Positions 18,342 to 28,014 of a stretch of 64,000 nt of DNA are shown in pieces (the stretch's first letter is position 1; every line of letters begins with the position of its first letter). A model generated the notes under the pieces. That model had not been told where the DNA came from. It saw only the letters and a list, made by a program, of their open reading frames with translations, and searched no databases. The DNA is from an uncultured cyanobacterium (GTDB lineage: Bacteria; Cyanobacteriota; Cyanobacteriia; PCC-6307; Cyanobiaceae). Where the stretch lies: contig CAVONQ010000018.1 in assembly GCA_963697335.1 (NCBI GenBank), positions 288,001 to 352,000 of the forward strand, written 5' to 3'. The position numbers and the translations under genes are program-made.

Positions 18342-19832
18342 GTGAAGAGGCTCCCTGAGCACAGTCCCACGCCCTCGCCCCCCCCTGCGCCGGCTTCCAG
18401 GCCGCGGCGGTCTCGCCGGCTCAGACCACGGGCCAGCTGGGTTGGCCGGGGCGAACTCCGCCAGCGCGATCTGGTCAGCCGTTCGCGCCGGGCCGTGCGC
18501 TGGCTGCAGCCCGGCCTGGTAGTGAAACGCTGGGTGCTCACCTCCGGTCTGGGCCTGTTGATCGCCCTGCTGGGTGCCGCGGTGTGGGCCGATCTCCAGC
18601 CCATCTACTGGACGATCGCCGGCATTCAGTGGCTGCTCAAGAACCTCACGACCGTGCTGCCGAGGGGGATCACCGGACCGTTGGTGCTGGCGATCGGCGC
18701 CGCGCTGATCTGGCTGGGACAGAGCCGCAGCTTCGGCTCCATCCAGCAGGCCCTTGCCCCAGACCGCGGCACCCATCTGGTGGATGCCCTGGCCGCCCAG
18801 GGCCGTCTGAACCGCGGTCCCAGCATCGTGGCCGTGGGCGGTGGCACCGGCCTTTCCACCCTGCTCAGTGGCCTGAAGCGCTACAGCAGCAATCTCACCG
18901 CCATCGTCACCGTGGCCGATGACGGTGGCAGCAGCGGTGTGCTCCGCCGCGAACTGGGTGTGCAGCCTCCCGGCGACATTCGCAACTGCCTGGCCGCCCT
19001 GGCCCGGGAGGAGCCCCTGCTCACCCGGCTTTTCCAGTACCGCTTCCAGGCGGGCCTGGGGCTGGAGGGCCACAGCTTCGGCAACCTCTTCCTCTCGGCC
19101 CTCACGGCCATCACCGGCAGCCTCGAGTCGGCGATCACCGCCAGCAGCCGGGTGCTGGCGGTGCAGGGTCAGGTGGTGCCCGCCACCAATGCCGACGTGC
19201 GCCTCTGGGCGGAGCTTGAGAGCGGCGAGCGGATCGAGGGTGAATCGGCGATCGGCCGTGCCGATAGCCCGATCGTGCGGCTGGGCTGCTCGCCTGAGCA
19301 TCCACCGGCCCTGCCCCGGGCGATCGAGGCCATCGCCCACGCAGACCTGATCGTGCTGGGTCCGGGCAGCCTCTACACCTCATTGCTGCCGAACCTGCTG
19401 GTGCCGGAGCTGGTGGCGGCGATTGCCCGCAGCAAGGCGCCCCGGCTCTACATCTGCAACCTGATGACCCAGCCCGGCGAGACCGACCGTCTCGATGTGG
19501 AAGGTCACCTGCGGGCGATCGAGGCCCAGCTGGCCAGCCTCGGGGTCGAGCAGCGCCTGTTCAATGCCGTGCTGGCCCAGGAGGATCTGGAGGACACGCC
19601 GTTGCTGGATCGCTACCGCCAGAAGGGGGCCGAGCCGGTCCGCTGCGATGCCCGCAAGCTGCAGCGTCAGGGCTACCAGGTGATGCAGGCGCCCCTCCAG
19701 GGCGCGCGCCCTACCGCCACCCTGCGCCACGATCCCCGCAGCCTGGCGGTGGCGGTGATGCGGTTCTATCGCAGCTACCGCGGCAGCCAGCGGCCGGCGC
19801 GTCCGCTGCGCCCGGACCCAAGCCCCAGGTAG
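18342..19832 (+). CDS. yvcK: YvcK/CofD-like gluconeogenesis factor (UPF0052)
   Basis: WLQPGLVVKRW N-terminal TM region, GGGTGLS, VTVADDGGSSG, PPGDIRNCL, GHSFGNL, GPGSLYTS, NLMTQPGET. Confidence 0.92.
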   Translation: MKRLPEHSPTPSPPPAPASRPRRSRRLRPRASWVGRGELRQRDLVSRSRRAVRWLQPGLVVKRWVLTSGLGLLIALLGAAVWADLQPIYWTIAGIQWLLKNLTTVLPRGITGPLVLAIGAALIWLGQSRSFGSIQQALAPDRGTHLVDALAAQGRLNRGPSIVAVGGGTGLSTLLSGLKRYSSNLTAIVTVADDGGSSGVLRRELGVQPPGDIRNCLAALAREEPLLTRLFQYRFQAGLGLEGHSFGNLFLSALTAITGSLESAITASSRVLAVQGQVVPATNADVRLWAELESGERIEGESAIGRADSPIVRLGCSPEHPPALPRAIEAIAHADLIVLGPGSLYTSLLPNLLVPELVAAIARSKAPRLYICNLMTQPGETDRLDVEGHLRAIEAQLASLGVEQRLFNAVLAQEDLEDTPLLDRYRQKGAEPVRCDARKLQRQGYQVMQAPLQGARPTATLRHDPRSLAVAVMRFYRSYRGSQRPARPLRPDPSPR

Positions 19833-19841
19833 CCTCCGCCC

Positions 19842-20657
19842 ATGGCGGCTTCCGACCACCACTTCCTGCACCTGCCCGGCCACCATCTGCTCTACGGGCG
19901 TGTGCCCAAGGCGGCCAACAGCAGCGTCAAGGCGGCCCTCACCCGACTGATCAGGCCGGAGCTGCAGCGCAACCGCCGCAGCCTGGGCCAGCGGTTGCTG
20001 CGGGGACTGCGGCCCCAGCGCTCCTGGCAATCCCTCTCCTCCCAGGTGGACCAGTTCTGGGATCTGCTGCCCAACACGATCGCCCGCCCCGTGGACCGCG
20101 CCACGGCCAGGCAGCTGCGGGCGCACTGCTTCAGCTTCGCGGTGGTGCGCAACCCCTTTGATCGCCTGCTCTCGGCCTACAACAACAAGGTGATCGAAAA
20201 CCCCAGCTGCACGGCGCGGCTGCGGGCCATCGGCGTGGAGCGGGGCATGGCGCTGCCCCCCTTCATCGAGAGCATCTGCGCGGCGGAGTCGGCAGCCCTG
20301 GACGTGCATGTGCTCCCCCAGGCGGAGATCCTCTGCCTGGACAGGGAGCCCCTGCCCACCTGGGTGGCCTACGCCGAGAGCCTGGAGCTGCACTGGCCCT
20401 TTCTGGTGCAGCGGGCCCGCCGCGCCGGAGTGCCCGGTCTGATGCGGCAGCTGCCGGATAAGAACAGCCGGCGCCAGGGCCAGAGCACGGATCTCGAGCA
20501 ACTGCTGGCCCAACCGCAGCTGGTGCGCCTGCTGCGCCAGCGCTATGCCGACGACTTCAACATCTTCTACCCCTGGCTGGCCGAGGGGGAGCTGAGTGTG
20601 GCGCAGGTGCGGCAGGGTGGCCCGCGCCGACCGCGTCATTTCGTGCCGGCTCAGTAG
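19842..20657 (+). CDS. Sulfotransferase family 2 (carbohydrate sulfotransferase-like)
   Basis: [11 protein letters not shown] (5'-PSB), [15 protein letters not shown] (3'-PB), HVLPQ, Y-x-DDF-x-x-F-Y terminus. Confidence 0.82.
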   Translation: MAASDHHFLHLPGHHLLYGRVPKAANSSVKAALTRLIRPELQRNRRSLGQRLLRGLRPQRSWQSLSSQVDQFWDLLPNTIARPVDRATARQLRAHCFSFAVVRNPFDRLLSAYNNKVIENPSCTARLRAIGVERGMALPPFIESICAAESAALDVHVLPQAEILCLDREPLPTWVAYAESLELHWPFLVQRARRAGVPGLMRQLPDKNSRRQGQSTDLEQLLAQPQLVRLLRQRYADDFNIFYPWLAEGELSVAQVRQGGPRRPRHFVPAQ

Positions 20658-21208
20658 GCGTCCTGCATCTCATAGAAGTCAGGCTGCACATAGTCCTTGC
20701 GCAGCGGCCAACCCTTCCAGTCCTCCGGCATCAGCAGCCGCTTGGGATGGGGATGGCCCTCGAACTGGATGCCGTACATGTCGAAGGTCTCGCGCTCCTG
20801 CCAGTCGGCGCCGCGGAACAGGCCGTAGAGGGTGGGAATGGTGAGGGCCCCATCGCGCTGCAGGAACACCTTGAGGCGCACCTCCTGGGGGCGTACTTCG
20901 GCGGGCAGCCTGGCCAGGCCGGCACTGCTGTCGGCCAGGCTGCCCAGCTTCACCAGGTGGTAGAAACTCACCAGTCGGGCCCCCGGGCCCTCGTCGTAGC
21001 CGCCCTGGCATTGCAGGTAGTCGAAGCCGTCGGCCTTGAGGGCGGTGGCCAGCAGCGGCAGGAAGGCCGGCTCCACGCCGATCACCTCCACGCCGAGGTG
21101 GTCCGGGGGAAGCACCTCGTGGTCGAAGCCCTGGCTCTTCAGCCACTGGCTCACCGGCCCGGGCTCCACGGTGGCGAGGGCCTCAGGGGCGGGGGTGGAC
21201 TCAGGCAT
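20651..21208 (-). CDS. ndhJ: NDH-1 subunit J
   Basis: [16 protein letters not shown] and [37 protein letters not shown]. Confidence 0.97.
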   Translation of the reverse strand: MPESTPAPEALATVEPGPVSQWLKSQGFDHEVLPPDHLGVEVIGVEPAFLPLLATALKADGFDYLQCQGGYDEGPGARLVSFYHLVKLGSLADSSAGLARLPAEVRPQEVRLKVFLQRDGALTIPTLYGLFRGADWQERETFDMYGIQFEGHPHPKRLLMPEDWKGWPLRKDYVQPDFYEMQDAY

Positions 21209-21974
21209 CGCTCGACTCGGCGGTGGGGGGGGTGCTGTCTGCTGCGGCCACGGGCAAGGCTGCCTCGGATTCGAGGCTGCCGAGGGGCAGGCCGGCCGCG
21301 GCGGCCAGGGCCTTGCGCTGGCTTTCGGCCGCCAGATAGGCGCCTGTGACGATCGGCTGGACGGGCGTCATCTGGTGGGCCACGGTGCAGTAGCGGTGCG
21401 TGGGTCGCAGCTTGCCCCGCTCGGCCAGGGACTCATTGCCCACCTTCTTGCGCAGCTTGATCACGGCATCGAAGATCGCCTCAGGCCGTGGCGGGCAGCC
21501 GGGCAGGTAGAGGTCCACGGGGATCAGCTTGTCGACACCGCGCACCGCCGTGGTGGAGTCGGCGGAGAACATGCCGCCGGTGATCGTGCAGGCGCCCATG
21601 GCGATCACGTACTTCGGCTCAGGCATCTGCTCGTAGAGGCGCACCAGGGCCGGGCCCATCTTCATGGTCACCGTGCCGGCCACGATCAGCAGGTCGGCCT
21701 GGCGCGGGCTGGAGCGGGGCACCAGACCGAAGCGGTCGAAGTCGAAGCGGGAGCCGATCAGGGCGGCGAACTCGATGAAGCAGCAGGCCGTGCCGTAGAG
21801 CAGGGGCCAGAGGCTGCTGAGGCGGGCCCAGTTGTGCAGGTCGTCGAGAGTTGTGAGAATCACGTTCTCCGACAGGCCTGAGGTGACAGCCGGGCTGCCG
21901 ACTGGGCCGCAACTGGCGGCACGCACGTCCCGCAGGGCGTCGATGCTGGGGCTGGTCTGGGGGGTGAGGGTCAT
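21201..21974 (-). CDS. ndhK: NDH-1 subunit K
   Basis: [51 protein letters not shown]. Confidence 0.97.
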   Translation of the reverse strand: MTLTPQTSPSIDALRDVRAASCGPVGSPAVTSGLSENVILTTLDDLHNWARLSSLWPLLYGTACCFIEFAALIGSRFDFDRFGLVPRSSPRQADLLIVAGTVTMKMGPALVRLYEQMPEPKYVIAMGACTITGGMFSADSTTAVRGVDKLIPVDLYLPGCPPRPEAIFDAVIKLRKKVGNESLAERGKLRPTHRYCTVAHQMTPVQPIVTGAYLAAESQRKALAAAAGLPLGSLESEAALPVAAADSTPPTAESSDA

Positions 21975-21982
21975 GGGTTCCG

Positions 21983-22345
21983 TCAGCTCCACTCGAGGGC
22001 GCCTTTGCGCCAGGCATAGGCCAGGGCCACCACAAGGATGGCGATGAACACCAGGGCTTCAATGAAGGCCAGGAGCCCCAGCCGGTGGAAGGCCACCGCC
22101 CAGGGGTACAGAAACACGGTCTCCACGTCGAAGATCACGAAGACCAGGGCAAACATGTAGTAGCGGATGTTGAACTGAATCCAGGCTCCGCCAATGGGCT
22201 CCATCCCGGATTCGTAGGTGATCTCCCGCTCGCCGCCCCTGCTGGTGGGCGAGAGCAACTTGTTGGTGACAAGGGCAAGCACGGGAACGGCGGCCGAGAT
22301 CAGCAGAAAGCCGAGGAAGGCGTCGTAGCCGGAGAGCACGAACAT
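21983..22345 (-). CDS. ndhC: NDH-1 subunit C (3)
   Basis: [53 protein letters not shown]. Confidence 0.97.
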   Translation of the reverse strand: MFVLSGYDAFLGFLLISAAVPVLALVTNKLLSPTSRGGEREITYESGMEPIGGAWIQFNIRYYMFALVFVIFDVETVFLYPWAVAFHRLGLLAFIEALVFIAILVVALAYAWRKGALEWS

Positions 22346-22448
22346 GGGGGCGAGCCCAACGTGCGGGGCAGTCTGGCATCTGCAACCGGAAAGCCATGGC
22401 TTCGACTGCAGCACGGTTCCTAGAGTCAGCATCCCCAGCCCGACTTCG

Positions 22449-22889
22449 GTGACCGACGAGATCACTCCGCAGGGGCAGGAGAGCCCTGCCCAGCAGCAGC
22501 CCCAGCAGGCTGCCGCTGCTCCGCAGGCGGTTCCAGCTCCACCGGAACCGGTTCCCGGCGAGCCTGTCGATGATCCCGACAGCCACCGCTTCGAGTGCCG
22601 CAGCTGCGGCTTCGTCTATGACCCGGCCGAGGGGGTCAGGAAACTGGCGATTGCCCCTGGGACACCCTTTTCCGGGCTCGACCCCGTGTCCTTTCGCTGC
22701 CCGGTGTGCCGCAGCAAGGTGGGGGCCTTCAAGGACATCGGCCCGAGCAGCAAGCCCAGCGGCTTTGAGGAAAACCTCAACTTCGGCCTCGGGGTCAACC
22801 GGCTCACCCCGGGGCAGAAGAATGTGCTGATCTTCGGCGGCTTTGCCCTGGCCTTCGCCTTCTTCCTCTCCCTCTATTCCCTGCGTTGA
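22449..22889 (+). CDS. rubA: Membrane-anchored rubredoxin
   Basis: [12 protein letters not shown] and FRCPVC (two CxxC) plus a C-terminal TM helix. Directly upstream of ycf48. Confidence 0.93.
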   Translation: MTDEITPQGQESPAQQQPQQAAAAPQAVPAPPEPVPGEPVDDPDSHRFECRSCGFVYDPAEGVRKLAIAPGTPFSGLDPVSFRCPVCRSKVGAFKDIGPSSKPSGFEENLNFGLGVNRLTPGQKNVLIFGGFALAFAFFLSLYSLR

Positions 22890-23929
22890 TGCCCGCGCCG
22901 ATGAACCGCCCCCCCTCCAGCTCCCCGCTCCGCCCCCGCCTGCTCTCCTCGCTGTGCTCCCTGCTGCTGGTGCTGGGGATCAGCCTGGGGCTGGGCGGCT
23001 GCGTCACCACCGGCCTGGCCCGCACGGTCGACAGTCCCTGGCAGTCCGTGCCCCTCAACACCACCGCCAACCCTCTGGCCGTGGCCTTCTCCGACGCCGA
23101 CCACGGCTTCCTGGTGGGGAGCAACCGGCTGATCCTGGAAACCAACGACGGCGGTGCCAGCTGGGAGGAGCGGGCCCTCGATCTGCCCGAGGAGGAGAAC
23201 TTCCGCCTGATCAGCATCGACTTCCGCGGCGACGAGGGCTGGATCGTGGGCCAGCCCGGCCTGCTGCTGCACAGCTCCGATGCCGGCCGCAACTGGAGCC
23301 GCCTGTTCCTCGACACCAAGCTGCCCGGTGAGCCCTATCTGGTCACCGCCCTGGGCCGGGACACCGCCGAACTGGCCACCAGCGTGGGAGCCATCTATGA
23401 CACCAGCGATGGCGGCGCCAGCTGGCAGGCCCGGGTGGGTGATGCGGCCGGCGCCGTGCGCGAGCTGCGCCGCAGCCCCGATGGCCGCTACGTGAGCGTC
23501 AGCAGCCTGGGCAATTTCTTCTCCACCTGGAATCCCGGCCAGGAGGTGTGGCAGGTGCACCAGCGGGTGAGCAGCCAGCGCCTGCAGACCATCGGCTTCC
23601 GCCCTGACGGCACGCTGTGGATGCTGGCCCGCGGCGCCCAGATCCGCTTCGGCAGTGATGCCGCCGACCCCGAGCAGTGGAGCAAGCCGGTGATCCCGAT
23701 CACCAATGGCTACGGCTACCTCGACATGGCCTGGGACCCGCGCGGTGGGATCTGGGCCGGCGGCGGCAGCGGCACCCTGCTGGTGAGCAGCGACGACGGC
23801 CGCAGCTGGCAGCAGGACCCGGTAGGGGCCCAGGAGCCCTCCAACTTCACCCGGATCGTGTTCAGCCGCGACGGCAGCAAGGGCTTCGTGCTGGGCGAGC
23901 GCGGCTCCCTGCTGCGCTGGGTGGGCTGA
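22886..23929 (+). CDS. ycf48: Photosystem II assembly factor Ycf48/HCF136
   Basis: Lipobox LGGC, BNR repeats (TNDGGASW, SSDAGRNW, SDDGRSW), VSSLGNFF. Lies upstream of psbE. Confidence 0.96.
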   Translation: MMPAPMNRPPSSSPLRPRLLSSLCSLLLVLGISLGLGGCVTTGLARTVDSPWQSVPLNTTANPLAVAFSDADHGFLVGSNRLILETNDGGASWEERALDLPEEENFRLISIDFRGDEGWIVGQPGLLLHSSDAGRNWSRLFLDTKLPGEPYLVTALGRDTAELATSVGAIYDTSDGGASWQARVGDAAGAVRELRRSPDGRYVSVSSLGNFFSTWNPGQEVWQVHQRVSSQRLQTIGFRPDGTLWMLARGAQIRFGSDAADPEQWSKPVIPITNGYGYLDMAWDPRGGIWAGGGSGTLLVSSDDGRSWQQDPVGAQEPSNFTRIVFSRDGSKGFVLGERGSLLRWVG

Positions 23930-24049
23930 GGGACCGGCTGGGATCCGGTGGTGTTTCTCAGGCTCGCCAACTTCTGTAACCAAGGGGGGCTGCCGCTCTC
24001 CCTGGGCCAGGGCCTCCCCCTAGGATCGCCGGGCTGAACGCTTGTCGCT

Positions 24050-24298
24050 ATGGCTGCCGGCTCTACAGGGGAACGTCCGTTCTTCGAAATCATCACCAGC
24101 ATTCGCTACTGGGTGATCCATGCGGTCACCTTGCCTGCGATCTTTCTTGCTGGCTTCCTGTTCGTGTCCACTGGCCTGGCCTATGACGCCTTCGGCACGC
24201 CTCGCCCTGACGCCTACTTCCAGGCCCAGGAGAGCAAGGCTCCCGTCGTGAGCCAGCGCTACGAGGGCAAGAGCCAGCTTGACCTGCGCCTGCCATAA
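24050..24298 (+). CDS. psbE: Cytochrome b559 alpha subunit
   Basis: [38 protein letters not shown]. Confidence 0.98.
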   Translation: MAAGSTGERPFFEIITSIRYWVIHAVTLPAIFLAGFLFVSTGLAYDAFGTPRPDAYFQAQESKAPVVSQRYEGKSQLDLRLP

Positions 24299-24304
24299 AC
24301 CCCC

Positions 24305-24442
24305 ATGACCCAGTCTCCCGTCTCGACCACGCCGCGCAACTACCCGATCTTCACGGTGCGCTGGCTCTCCGTTCACGCCCTGGGCATTCCCACGGTGTTC
24401 TTTCTGGGGGCCCTGGCGGCCATGCAGTTCATCCGTCGCTGA
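24305..24442 (+). CDS. psbF: Cytochrome b559 beta subunit
   Basis: Manual translation [45 protein letters not shown]. Confidence 0.97.
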   Translation: MTQSPVSTTPRNYPIFTVRWLSVHALGIPTVFFLGALAAMQFIRR

Positions 24443-24453
24443 GGTCCACTGCC

Positions 24454-24573
24454 ATGCAACGCAACCCAAACCCCAACAACCTGCCGGTTGAGCTCAACCG
24501 CACCAGCCTCTACCTGGGGCTGCTGCTGGTCTTCGTCACCGGTGTGCTGTTCACCAGTTACTTCTTCAACTGA
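24454..24573 (+). CDS. psbL: Photosystem II protein L
   Basis: Manual translation [39 protein letters not shown]. Confidence 0.97.
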   Translation: MQRNPNPNNLPVELNRTSLYLGLLLVFVTGVLFTSYFFN

Positions 24574-24588
24574 TCCGGAGGCCACCCC

Positions 24589-24789
24589 ATGAGCGGCAAG
24601 AAATCCAACATTCCTGACGGCCGGATCCCGGATCGCCTGCCCGACGGTCGTCCGGCAGTGGCCTGGCGCTCCCGCTGGACTGCAGGCGTATTACCCCTGT
24701 GGCTGGTGGCCACCGCCGGCGGCATGGCCGTGATCTTCGTGGTGGGCCTGTTCTTCTACGGCTCCTACACCGGCGTCGGCTCTGCCTGA
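24589..24789 (+). CDS. psbJ: Photosystem II protein J
   Basis: [34 protein letters not shown]. Last gene of psbEFLJ. Confidence 0.96.
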   Translation: MSGKKSNIPDGRIPDRLPDGRPAVAWRSRWTAGVLPLWLVATAGGMAVIFVVGLFFYGSYTGVGSA

Positions 24790-24835
24790 ACCCTGGCCTG
24801 AACTCCGGCCCAAGCCACCCCCAGCGATGCATCTC

Positions 24836-24868
24836 CCCCGGTGGACAGCCAGGCTGCCACCGGGGTTT
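24836..24868 (+). terminator. GC-rich hairpin after psbJ (putative terminator or 3' stabilising stem)
   Basis: CCCCGGTGG(A)CAGC-CAG-GCTG-CCACCGGGG followed by only TTT. Confidence 0.6.
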
Positions 24869-24924
24869 CCTGTGGGAGATGGCTTCTGTGCACCTCTGAC
24901 CCCCGGCCCGTTCCCCGCTCTCCG

Positions 24925-25596
24925 GTGAAGAAGCGCACCCTCCTGAATCACGGGGCCCTGGCCTGGGTTGCGGGTGCTCTGCTCAACGCCTACGGCCAGC
25001 TGATCCTGCTCACCTCCCGCATCGTGGTGCGCCCTGACCAGCTCAGTGCCAGCTTGATCGGCCCGCAGGGGCGCCCGGTGATCTATGCGCTCTGGCATTG
25101 CCATGTGTTCTTCATGCCGATCCTGCGCATCAGCAGCGGACGGCCCGTGGCGGTGCTGCTCAGCGCCCACCGCGATGCTCAGATCGTGGGCGTGGCGGCC
25201 CGCATGCGCGGCGTTGAGCTGGTGGCCGGCTCCTCCACGCGTGGTGGTGTGCGCGCCTATCTGCAACTGATCCAGCTGCTGCGCAGGGGCCGTTCCATCT
25301 GCATCACCCCGGATGGCCCCAGGGGCCCCGCCCGGCGCGTCAAGCCAGGCGTCGTGCACCTGGCCCAGCAGTCCGGCTGTGCCGTGGTGCCGGTGGGCCT
25401 GGCCGTGCGCCGGGGACGGCGGCTGCGCTCGTGGGACCGCACCCTGCTGCCGTTCCCCTTCTGCCGGGCCGTGCTCACCCTGGGGGCGCCCCTGTGGTTG
25501 CCGCCCGTGGACGATGCCGAGGCCCTCGCCCTGCAGGCTGAACAGCTGGAGGCGGCCCTGGAAGCTGCTTCGGAGCAGGCCACCCGTGCCTTCTGA
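24925..25596 (+). CDS. DUF374 family acyltransferase (LpxJ-like lipid A late acyltransferase)
   Basis: IYALWH, LLSAHRDAQIV, AGSSTRGG, ITPDGPRGP, SWDRTLLPFPF (DUF374 motifs). First gene of the lipid A operon. Confidence 0.82.
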   Translation: MKKRTLLNHGALAWVAGALLNAYGQLILLTSRIVVRPDQLSASLIGPQGRPVIYALWHCHVFFMPILRISSGRPVAVLLSAHRDAQIVGVAARMRGVELVAGSSTRGGVRAYLQLIQLLRRGRSICITPDGPRGPARRVKPGVVHLAQQSGCAVVPVGLAVRRGRRLRSWDRTLLPFPFCRAVLTLGAPLWLPPVDDAEALALQAEQLEAALEAASEQATRAF

Positions 25597-26923
25597 GCCG
25601 CTGAGGCCGCTGTTGCTGGGCCTGCGCCTGCTGCAGACCCTGCTCACCCCCGGGATCCTGCTGCTGCTGCTGCTGCGGCTGTTGCAGGGCAAGGAGGAGT
25701 TCCGTCGCTTGCCGGAGCGGCTGGGCTGGGCTGGCCAGGAGCGCCCCCCCGGCCCCCTGATCTGGCTGCATGGCGCCAGCGTCGGTGAGCTCACGGCGCT
25801 GTTGCCCCTGGTGCGGGAGCTGGGCGCAGCCACGGCCCCACCAGGTCTGGAGCCCCCGGTCGTGCTGGTCACCTCGGTGAGCCGCAGCTCGGCCCAGCTG
25901 GCCCAGCGGCTGCTGCCGCAGGGGGTGATCCATCAGCTGGCGCCGGTGGACCACTGGCTGGCCATGGCCCTGTTCCGGCGGCACTGGCGGCCCCAGCTGG
26001 GTCTGCTGGCGGAGGCTGAACTCTGGCCGGAGCTGGTGCTCGCCATGCCGCGGTTGCACCTGGTCAATGCCCGCATGAGCGAGCGCTCCTTCCGTCGCCA
26101 CCGCCGCCTGCCGGCCTATGCCGCCTGGCTCTATGGCCGTGCCCGCCTCTGCTGGGCCCAGTCCGAGCCCGATGCGGCCCGCCTGCGTCGGCTCGGCGCT
26201 CCCCGGGTGGTGGTGGTGGGCTCCACCAAGCGGGACGCCGATCCCCTCGCCACGGACGGGGCGATCCTGGCCCGGCTGCAACCGCTGCTGCGCCGCCCGG
26301 TGCTGCTGCTGGCCAGCAGCCATGCCGGTGAGGAGCACCTGCTGCTCCAGGCCCGCCCGCTGCTGCAGCAGCACCTGGGCCCGCTCACCCTGGTGCTGGT
26401 GCCGCGTCACCCGCCGCGGGCTGCCGCCGTGCTCGAGCTGGCCCGGCGGCAGGGCCTTGTGGCCATTCTCTGGAGGGAGCTGGCCGCCGGAGGCCCGGCT
26501 GACCATGCTGAGCTCGACGTGCTGGTGGTGGATGTCCTGGGGGCGATGGGCAGCTGGATGGCGGCGGCGGATCTGGTGGTGATGGGCGGCAGCCTGGCTG
26601 CGGGGGGACGGCGGGTGGGGGGCCACAATCCCCTGGAGGCGATCCGCGCCGGCAAGCCGGTGGTGTGCGGGCCGGACATGGCCAACTTCGCCGGCCTGAG
26701 TGAGGAGCTTCAGGCCGCCGGTTGGCTCCATGCCTGCCCCACCGCCGAGCTGCTCTGGGCTCGGGTGGTGGAGCTGCTGAGCCGGGGAGCGCCGTCGCCA
26801 CCCCCCTTGCGTCTGGAGGGTCCCTCGCGCCGCATCGCCAGGCGCCTGATCGCTGAGCTGGCCACTGCCGAGCTCGCCGCGGCCCGCCTTGCCGAAACCA
26901 GCCTGGCCCGGGAGGGCCGTTGA
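25586..26923 (+). CDS. waaA: 3-deoxy-D-manno-octulosonic acid (Kdo) transferase
   Basis: GKEE..RLPERLG, IWLHGASVGE, HQLAPVD, HWRP..EAELWP, VNARMSERSF, ASSHAGEE, LVPRHP, MGGSL..GGHNPLEA, GPDMANF. Confidence 0.9.
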   Translation: MPSEPLRPLLLGLRLLQTLLTPGILLLLLLRLLQGKEEFRRLPERLGWAGQERPPGPLIWLHGASVGELTALLPLVRELGAATAPPGLEPPVVLVTSVSRSSAQLAQRLLPQGVIHQLAPVDHWLAMALFRRHWRPQLGLLAEAELWPELVLAMPRLHLVNARMSERSFRRHRRLPAYAAWLYGRARLCWAQSEPDAARLRRLGAPRVVVVGSTKRDADPLATDGAILARLQPLLRRPVLLLASSHAGEEHLLLQARPLLQQHLGPLTLVLVPRHPPRAAAVLELARRQGLVAILWRELAAGGPADHAELDVLVVDVLGAMGSWMAAADLVVMGGSLAAGGRRVGGHNPLEAIRAGKPVVCGPDMANFAGLSEELQAAGWLHACPTAELLWARVVELLSRGAPSPPPLRLEGPSRRIARRLIAELATAELAAARLAETSLAREGR

Positions 26924-28014
26924 TGCTGATCAGGCCGCCTGCGTTCCTCTACCAGCGCGGCCCCTGTCTGAGGGCCCGGCTGCTGCGGCCCCTGGCCGTG
27001 CTCTATGCCCTCGCCACCGGGCTGCACCGTGGTTGGGTGCAACCCCTGCGCCCAGAGGTGCCGGTGGTGTCGATCGGCAACATCACCCTCGGCGGCACCG
27101 GCAAGACCCCCCTGGTGATCGGTCTGGCCCGGGAGCTGGGCCGGCGGGGGGTGCGCCTGGCCGTGCTCACCCGCGGCTACGGCAGCGGCCGCCGCACACC
27201 GATCCGCCTGGAGGGCGGCCGCGGCCGGGAGCCGCTGGCGCTGGAGGCGGGGCGGCGCGCCGCCCTGCGGCAGGTGGGAGATGAGGCCCTCGAGCTGATG
27301 GGCAGCCTGCCTGGCGTGCCGGTATGGGTGGGGTCTGATCGCCGCTCCTCGGCCCGCCAGGCGGTGGCCGAGGGGGCCGAGCTGCTGCTGCTGGATGACG
27401 GCCTGCAGCACTGGTCTCTGGCCCGCGACTGTGACGTGACCGTGCTCGATGAGCGCCATGGCCTCGGCAATGGGCTGCTGTTCCCTGCCGGACCCCTGCG
27501 CGAGCCGGCCTCCCAGCTGGGGCGTGCCGACCTGCTGGTGCTCACCGGCAGCGGTGGTTCTCCCACCGCCGGCGGCGACTCCAGCGAGGGCCTGCCCGAT
27601 CTGGGGGGGCGCGTCGAGCCCGAACAGCTGGGCTGGCCCTCCGGCAAGCCCTGGTTGCGGGTGCCCGCCACGCTGCAGCCCGCCCCCAGCCTGCGGGGAC
27701 GGCCGCTGCTGGCCTTCTGCGGCATCGGCTTGCCAGGCAAGTTCTTTGCGGCGCTGCGCCAGGCGGGGTTGCAGCTGGTGGGGAGCGAGGCCTTCCCTGA
27801 CCACCACCCCTATGCTCAGGCCGATCTGGAGCGGCTGCTGGCCATGGCCCAGGCCCGGGGAGGAGCCACGCTGGTGACCACCGTGAAGGACTGGCATCGC
27901 CTGCCCCCCCACTCCCGCAGCGTGGTGGCGGCCGTGCCCCTGGTGCTGCAGCCTGAGGCGCTCAAGGCCCTGGCTGATCTGGTGCAGGAGCGGTTGCGTC
28001 TGGCATGGAGCTGA
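26923..28014 (+). CDS. lpxK: Tetraacyldisaccharide (lipid A) 4'-kinase
   Basis: PVVSIGNITLGGTGKTP, LTRGYG, GDE, LDDGLQH, GNGLLFPAGPLRE, AFCGIG.P..F, FPDHH, TT.KD. Confidence 0.93.
   Translation: MLIRPPAFLYQRGPCLRARLLRPLAVLYALATGLHRGWVQPLRPEVPVVSIGNITLGGTGKTPLVIGLARELGRRGVRLAVLTRGYGSGRRTPIRLEGGRGREPLALEAGRRAALRQVGDEALELMGSLPGVPVWVGSDRRSSARQAVAEGAELLLLDDGLQHWSLARDCDVTVLDERHGLGNGLLFPAGPLREPASQLGRADLLVLTGSGGSPTAGGDSSEGLPDLGGRVEPEQLGWPSGKPWLRVPATLQPAPSLRGRPLLAFCGIGLPGKFFAALRQAGLQLVGSEAFPDHHPYAQADLERLLAMAQARGGATLVTTVKDWHRLPPHSRSVVAAVPLVLQPEALKALADLVQERLRLAWS

Noticed and set aside
14406..18345. Very long antisense or alternate-frame ORFs (e.g. 14406-15863, 16534-18345; likewise 28895-30820, 30817-32412, 57637-59121, 62123-63949)
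   Set aside because: Shadow ORFs of GC-rich genes with biased codon usage; they have no motifs and fully overlap confidently identified genes.
24589..24690. N-terminal extension on PsbJ
   Set aside because: As I recall, long PsbJ N-termini are usual in picocyanobacteria.
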